Source of the DNA: a virus
Taxonomy: Duplodnaviria; Caudoviricetes
Strand: one strand, 5' to 3'
DNA: 59,646 nt
Virus record (IMG/VR): IMGVR_UViG_3300005613_000073
Location: 1-59,646 of that record
Made by a program: the position numbers and the translations under genes. The notes under the pieces were generated by a model. That model searched no databases. It saw only the letters and a list, made by a program, of their open reading frames with translations, and was not told the origin of the DNA. Shown here piece after piece: positions 54,944 through 59,646 of this stretch. The stretch's first letter is position 1. Each line of letters starts with the position of its first letter.

Positions 54944-57820
54944 ATGACTGTAGCAAGCAGTGTAAACAAGACAGCGCGGTTAGCTTGTGACGGTGTAATC
55001 ACTCGTTTTGACTTTACTTTCAAGATCTTTGAATCCGCAAATCTTCAGGTTTATTTAACGAACGTGCAGACAGACGCGGAGGCCTTGCAGACTGAAGTCA
55101 CTGATTACACTGTAACAATTAATGATGATTACACAGGATACATCACGTTCGGCACAGCTCCGAGTTCTGCATATGTTGTCACAATTATTAGGGAATTAGA
55201 TATTGTGCAAGAAACAGATCTCAGTAACCAGGGTGCGTTTTTTCCTGAGGTACTTGAAAAACAACATGATAAAGGCATTATGATAGCTCAGCAACTTAAA
55301 GAAGAGCTAGACAGATGTCTTAAAGCTCCTTTGACAAGTACCGATGACCCCACTACTTTATATGGCGAACTAGAAGCGGCTGCAAATGCTTCAGAAGCGT
55401 ACACCAGCACTTATGAAGAAACTGTCACCGACTTAGTTAAGCAGACATTTACAGTAGATTTTAACATAGATGCTACAAAACGAAATGTAGCCATACATGT
55501 GAATGGCCTGAAGCAAGCAGGATCTGCTTTCACTTTAGTAGACGCAAGTGGGAATGTGGTAGTTTCAGGCACAACTAAATATGTGAAGCTTAACGAATAC
55601 ATCAATCAAGGAGATCTTTTTGAGGCTTCTTCTCTTGATATTACAGGAACAGGAACAAGCTCTTACAGTGCTGAAACTTTATTATCTACCTTTGGAGGAG
55701 ACTTGGCTACTGCAATAACAACAATAGGTGCTCTTGACAGAACACTATTGATGGATACAGCTATTAATCTTACTGAGGATGTAACTGTACCTAGTAATAT
55801 AAGTCTAAGATTCACACCTACTGGAGTAGTTACAATTGCTTCAGGTAAGACTCTTACCATTAATGGCAATATTGATGCAGGAGCTTATCAGATATTTGCA
55901 GGCAGTGGAACTGTTGCAGGAATAGAAGGGCATGACATATGGGTTGAGTGGTTCGGTGCTTATAACGACCCTGCAAATGTTGGAGGTGCAGCAGCCATAT
56001 TAGCTAATACTACTGCTTTTCAAACTGCTTGTTCTTATGAGGGTAGTAGAGTTACTACTCTTAGAAGTACCTATTATCTAGATGAACAAGTGAACTTATA
56101 CCCTGGGGTGACTTTAGATTGTGCGGACAGTGTTATACATTTCAATAAGAAAATAACTTCTGTTGGCTCTGGTTTTTTCTTGATTCGAGATAACAAGCTT
56201 TGCAATATTCAGTTGCTATTTTTTAATTGTGCTAATGCTGCTGCGGGTGCAGCTCTTTCGATAATTCAGATAGGCAGACATTATACTGATTCTGGTGTAG
56301 ATGCTCCTATACCTGTTGGATGGGTTGAAGCCAAAAACTGTATTGTAGAGAATATTACTTTTGACGCTGAAGGACTTTTGGACGCAGGTGGTCAATATGT
56401 CAATCCAATTTTTTATTCCAATAAATCTTATAACATTACAATTAGAAATATTGAGGCTATTGGTAGAGACATATTCTATAACCTGATACACAATGAAGGG
56501 TCGCAGGATTATTCTGGGGCAGGTACAGTTTTTGATTTCAGTTATAATGTTTTAATAGAAAATATTAGAGCATATGATTTTGACACACTCGATAAAGAGT
56601 CAGTAGTTATAAGTGTTAGATCAGGTAATACAGTTATAAGAAATGTTGAGGTAGAAGGGTGTGGCCAGACAGTGCATTTAACTACTGCACCTGTGTCTCA
56701 AAATGAAAGTGACAACGCTTACATATCAGGCAATCACCAGTTAGTGGACAATGTTATTTGCATTGATACTAAAGTTAAAGCGGTAGCAGGTCCTCTTGCT
56801 ATAATCAAAGTATTTTCTCAGACAACTGATGAAACAGACACGGAAGAAATAGCAATGCAGACCGTGAGAAATGTGAGTATAAGAGCTAATACTCCAGGCG
56901 TAGGGTATACAGGTTTTTTCCATGGCGTGCAAATTAACGAAACAGCCTTTATAGCAGGTTCTGTAACTCGTAATGTAGTAGTAGATCAATGCGACATTGC
57001 CAACTGCGATGTGGGGATATGGGCTTATGGCGGTAGAAACATTACTATCAGAAATTGCCGTAGCAGAATGAACAGAGGAAATGGGATATCTATTGTAAAA
57101 ACTGACTTAGCCGTTATAGATAACTGCCATGTATACAACAACAATGTGGATTCTGATTATTCTAACGAAGCCAGTTATTCTGGGCATGGTATACAAGTTA
57201 GACCTTATCTTAATTCTATGTTCTATATTACTAATTGTAGACTTGGAAGTTCAGAACAAACGATTGGAGCAGAAACACAGTTAAATGCGATACATATACA
57301 CACGCATGACGGTGATAAGCACCAGGGTGTATATGGGCATATTCAGAATTGTATTATTGATAACTACAAATCAGGAAAGTATGAGGTGTATTGTATAGAT
57401 AATGATTCTTTTATAACTATGGATAATGTAATTAACACTAATAAAGAATTAAGACTATCCGGCATATATGACCACACAGCTAAGCCTACAAAATATATGA
57501 TTGAAAAATATCATATCACATACAACAGAAACCTGGCAGCAGCAGCCACACCAGGTTGGCAGTGTGTGAGTAGATATGACGATGCTTTAACAGGGACCAC
57601 AACAGCAGGTAATGCTACTTTAGCTTTTGCGGACACTTCAGGTATGTTGGCTACTGATGTTGTTGGGGTATTGAATGATAGCGGTGATTTTGAATGGTTT
57701 ACCATTTCAAGTGTAGATTCAGGTATTCAGATAACATTGTCAGGTAACTTGGCTGTTACAGCCACTACAGGCAATAGAGTTGTTTTTTGTAGATGGGCTG
57801 CGTTAGCAGTATTAACATAA
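54944..57820 (+). CDS. Tailspike / tail fibre with T7-type anchor and beta-helix (putative depolymerase)
   Basis: DG..TRFDFTFKIF...QETDL.NQG.F.PEVLE...D anchor; VEWFGA; repeated I.N/I..C beta-helix pattern. Confidence 0.85.
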   Translation: MTVASSVNKTARLACDGVITRFDFTFKIFESANLQVYLTNVQTDAEALQTEVTDYTVTINDDYTGYITFGTAPSSAYVVTIIRELDIVQETDLSNQGAFFPEVLEKQHDKGIMIAQQLKEELDRCLKAPLTSTDDPTTLYGELEAAANASEAYTSTYEETVTDLVKQTFTVDFNIDATKRNVAIHVNGLKQAGSAFTLVDASGNVVVSGTTKYVKLNEYINQGDLFEASSLDITGTGTSSYSAETLLSTFGGDLATAITTIGALDRTLLMDTAINLTEDVTVPSNISLRFTPTGVVTIASGKTLTINGNIDAGAYQIFAGSGTVAGIEGHDIWVEWFGAYNDPANVGGAAAILANTTAFQTACSYEGSRVTTLRSTYYLDEQVNLYPGVTLDCADSVIHFNKKITSVGSGFFLIRDNKLCNIQLLFFNCANAAAGAALSIIQIGRHYTDSGVDAPIPVGWVEAKNCIVENITFDAEGLLDAGGQYVNPIFYSNKSYNITIRNIEAIGRDIFYNLIHNEGSQDYSGAGTVFDFSYNVLIENIRAYDFDTLDKESVVISVRSGNTVIRNVEVEGCGQTVHLTTAPVSQNESDNAYISGNHQLVDNVICIDTKVKAVAGPLAIIKVFSQTTDETDTEEIAMQTVRNVSIRANTPGVGYTGFFHGVQINETAFIAGSVTRNVVVDQCDIANCDVGIWAYGGRNITIRNCRSRMNRGNGISIVKTDLAVIDNCHVYNNNVDSDYSNEASYSGHGIQVRPYLNSMFYITNCRLGSSEQTIGAETQLNAIHIHTHDGDKHQGVYGHIQNCIIDNYKSGKYEVYCIDNDSFITMDNVINTNKELRLSGIYDHTAKPTKYMIEKYHITYNRNLAAAATPGWQCVSRYDDALTGTTTAGNATLAFADTSGMLATDVVGVLNDSGDFEWFTISSVDSGIQITLSGNLAVTATTGNRVVFCRWAALAVLT

Positions 57821-57832
57821 GGAGATTTTAAA

Positions 57833-59365
57833 ATGAAAAGATTATTAGTAGTATTTTTAATTGGCTGTAGCATTTATGCAGCAAGTGCTGATCTGCCAAG
57901 TTGGGACACAGATAAATCCTACCCGCCTCAGTTGAGGTTCGGGTGGAGTGATACAGATCCTAAGGCTTTCAATGTAGGCACAGACGGGATCTTAAAAGTT
58001 ATATTTAGTTCACCACTTCAAGCTGCTCCTACTTGGAGCAGTAGTAAACATTATCCTTTCAGTTCTATGTTTGGGTATGATACTGATGCGGGGGATGGAA
58101 CTCTAAAAGGTATAGCGACAGACTCAGACGGTGCAGTATATGTTCAGGCTTTAGGTACAATGGAAGTGGATACAATTGAAGCTACATTCATCGGGGACAT
58201 AAGGACAAACAGCATTTGCAATTGTACAGGTTCACAAACTTTAACCATAGAAGTCTCAGACAATATGGAAAGAGCTTTCTGGATTGTTGGAGATGATGGA
58301 CAAAGATACATGTGTGTTGACACACTTAACACTGATCCTGCTGTCAGGTTAGGTTGCGTGTCCGGCGAGAATGTGTTTGAGGTTGGTTCTTCAGGTATAG
58401 TTATTAATGAACTTGGAGCATCCTACAACACAAGAATTGAGGGCGACACAGACGCAAACTTATTCTTTGCGGATGCTTCTGCTGATAAGATTGGCATCGG
58501 CACGAGTAGCCCTGGTACACTTTTAGAACTTGCTCAAACTAATCCGGACTTTGCTTTAAATTCAACAGGTAATTCAGACTGTTATCAATATTTTAAACAA
58601 AATGGAACCGTTAAAGGTGCTTTTTGGCTTGATGAAAATGTAATCGGTGGAAGCGAAAACGAGTGTATACGGCTCGATGTTGGAAGTTTGGGAGATGGCG
58701 ATTTTATTTTTACTCCAACTGGAAAATTAGGCATAGGCACGAGTAGTCCATATACACCTCTTCACGTTGAGAAAAATGATGCAACTGCTTATGATGAATC
58801 AACAGCATTAACAACTTACAAAGAAGTATCAAGATTAGTTAATTCAAATACAACTGCGCAATCATTTACTGGTTTAAATTTACGTGCTGGTTCAGCAGAT
58901 ATGGGAATTGTTGGAATATATGAAGCTGCAAATCAAGGAGAACTCGCTTTTTTACTCGATAATTTCGAAGCGATGAGAATTAATCATTCCGGCTATGTTG
59001 GCATCGGCACGAGTAGCCCAACGCAAAAGCTACAACTAGAAACAGGTAATTCCGCAGGTGTTGGAATGAATTTAAAAAACACTACAGGTAATGGTGTAGT
59101 TGGTTTGGACGGTGGTGAGGATATATATTTGGATGCTCAGACAGCAGGAGCGGGAATTGAGTTTAGAACGCAGACTGTCAACAGAGCTATTGTGACCGCT
59201 ACCGATTTTAGACCAGGTGCTGATGATACATATTATGTGGGTAAAAACGATGACGACAGTCCGGCAGCATGGAAAGGTATTATCTTAAAAGACACTACCA
59301 ATGGGACTTATTACAGAATAGAAGTTATCAACGGCACTATAACTGCAACTGATTTAACGGATTAA
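57833..59365 (+). CDS. Fibre-like protein with N-terminal signal peptide and GIGTSSP repeats
   Basis: MKRLLVVFLIGCSIYAASA then DLP; three GIGTSSP; INE.GA.Y..RIEGDTD.NLF. Confidence 0.75.
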   Translation: MKRLLVVFLIGCSIYAASADLPSWDTDKSYPPQLRFGWSDTDPKAFNVGTDGILKVIFSSPLQAAPTWSSSKHYPFSSMFGYDTDAGDGTLKGIATDSDGAVYVQALGTMEVDTIEATFIGDIRTNSICNCTGSQTLTIEVSDNMERAFWIVGDDGQRYMCVDTLNTDPAVRLGCVSGENVFEVGSSGIVINELGASYNTRIEGDTDANLFFADASADKIGIGTSSPGTLLELAQTNPDFALNSTGNSDCYQYFKQNGTVKGAFWLDENVIGGSENECIRLDVGSLGDGDFIFTPTGKLGIGTSSPYTPLHVEKNDATAYDESTALTTYKEVSRLVNSNTTAQSFTGLNLRAGSADMGIVGIYEAANQGELAFLLDNFEAMRINHSGYVGIGTSSPTQKLQLETGNSAGVGMNLKNTTGNGVVGLDGGEDIYLDAQTAGAGIEFRTQTVNRAIVTATDFRPGADDTYYVGKNDDDSPAAWKGIILKDTTNGTYYRIEVINGTITATDLTD

Positions 59366-59376
59366 GGGGGTGAGGT

Positions 59377-59646
59377 ATGAAAACAATTCTAATTATAATG
59401 TTATTGTTGGCTACTCTTTTGCAGGCGAACACAAAGATCAGAAGATCATCACTTGATTCTTCTATCTTTGCGGATACAGCAGAGGCTCAATATATGACAA
59501 TTGAAACTTGCATCATGAACCCTGTCAATGTGCAACAAGCCATAGATAATTATTCATATAATTCTACAGAAGTATGGACAACAGCAGAGGTAAGATCTAA
59601 TACTATTAATACCAGTGCTGAAGTCCGCACAATCATAGATAATTAT
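59377..59646 (+). CDS. Signal-peptide-bearing protein, truncated by window end
   Basis: Not in ORF track: GAGGT RBS; MKTILIIMLLLATLLQA then NTKIRRSS...; open to the edge. Confidence 0.65.
   Translation, partial: MKTILIIMLLLATLLQANTKIRRSSLDSSIFADTAEAQYMTIETCIMNPVNVQQAIDNYSYNSTEVWTTAEVRSNTINTSAEVRTIIDNY

Larger units (their letters stand above)
19750..59646. mobile_element. BPP-1/P22-like podovirus segment B (replication, early, packaging and virion genes; truncated at window edge)
   Basis: Primase-helicase, RusA, TerS/TerL, portal, capsid and tail genes; frequent AGGGGG RBSs; GATC-rich. Confidence 0.88.

Noticed and set aside
54944-59646. Diversity-generating retroelement, as in BPP-1
   Set aside because: No reverse transcriptase and no TR/VR pair differing at adenines seen in the window; one could lie beyond the edge.
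1-59646. Alternative genetic code
   Set aside because: Long genes are intact under the standard code and TAA, TAG and TGA all serve as stops.

Overview
The whole window is tailed-phage DNA with no host genes, rRNA, tRNA or CRISPR array. It holds two non-identical, nearly complete podovirus morphogenesis operons transcribed away from a central control and replication region. The left arm (1-~19750, minus strand) follows T7 gene order: gp6-like exonuclease, small virion proteins, portal, scaffold, major capsid, terminator, tail adaptor, nozzle, gp13-gp16-like internal proteins, a permuted papain-like amidase, a lysozyme and tail fibres. The centre (19750-28320) has YopX, a Prim-Pol/AAA primase-helicase, a Cro-like HTH, divergent promoters, AT-rich early genes (two resembling beta-clamp fragments), a repeat/hairpin region that may be the origin, and RusA. 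The right arm (28400-59646, plus strand) is BPP-1/P22-like: terminases, portal, scaffold, capsid, cement, adaptor, nozzle, internal proteins including a 4250-aa polyvalent protein, a tailspike and fibre proteins. Main points of interest: (1) two head-tail systems on one contig, joined by a translationally coupled operon but differing in GATC usage, so either a real composite phage or a chimeric assembly; (2) three signal-peptide-bearing proteins in the right structural operon, two of them fibre-like; (3) cassette-like domain shuffling in the giant protein, marked by a repeated IYYQD linker conserved in DNA; (4) an iteron-like array sharing a TTGCGTAA motif with the divergent promoter. All family assignments come from motif recognition and synteny by eye, not database searches.
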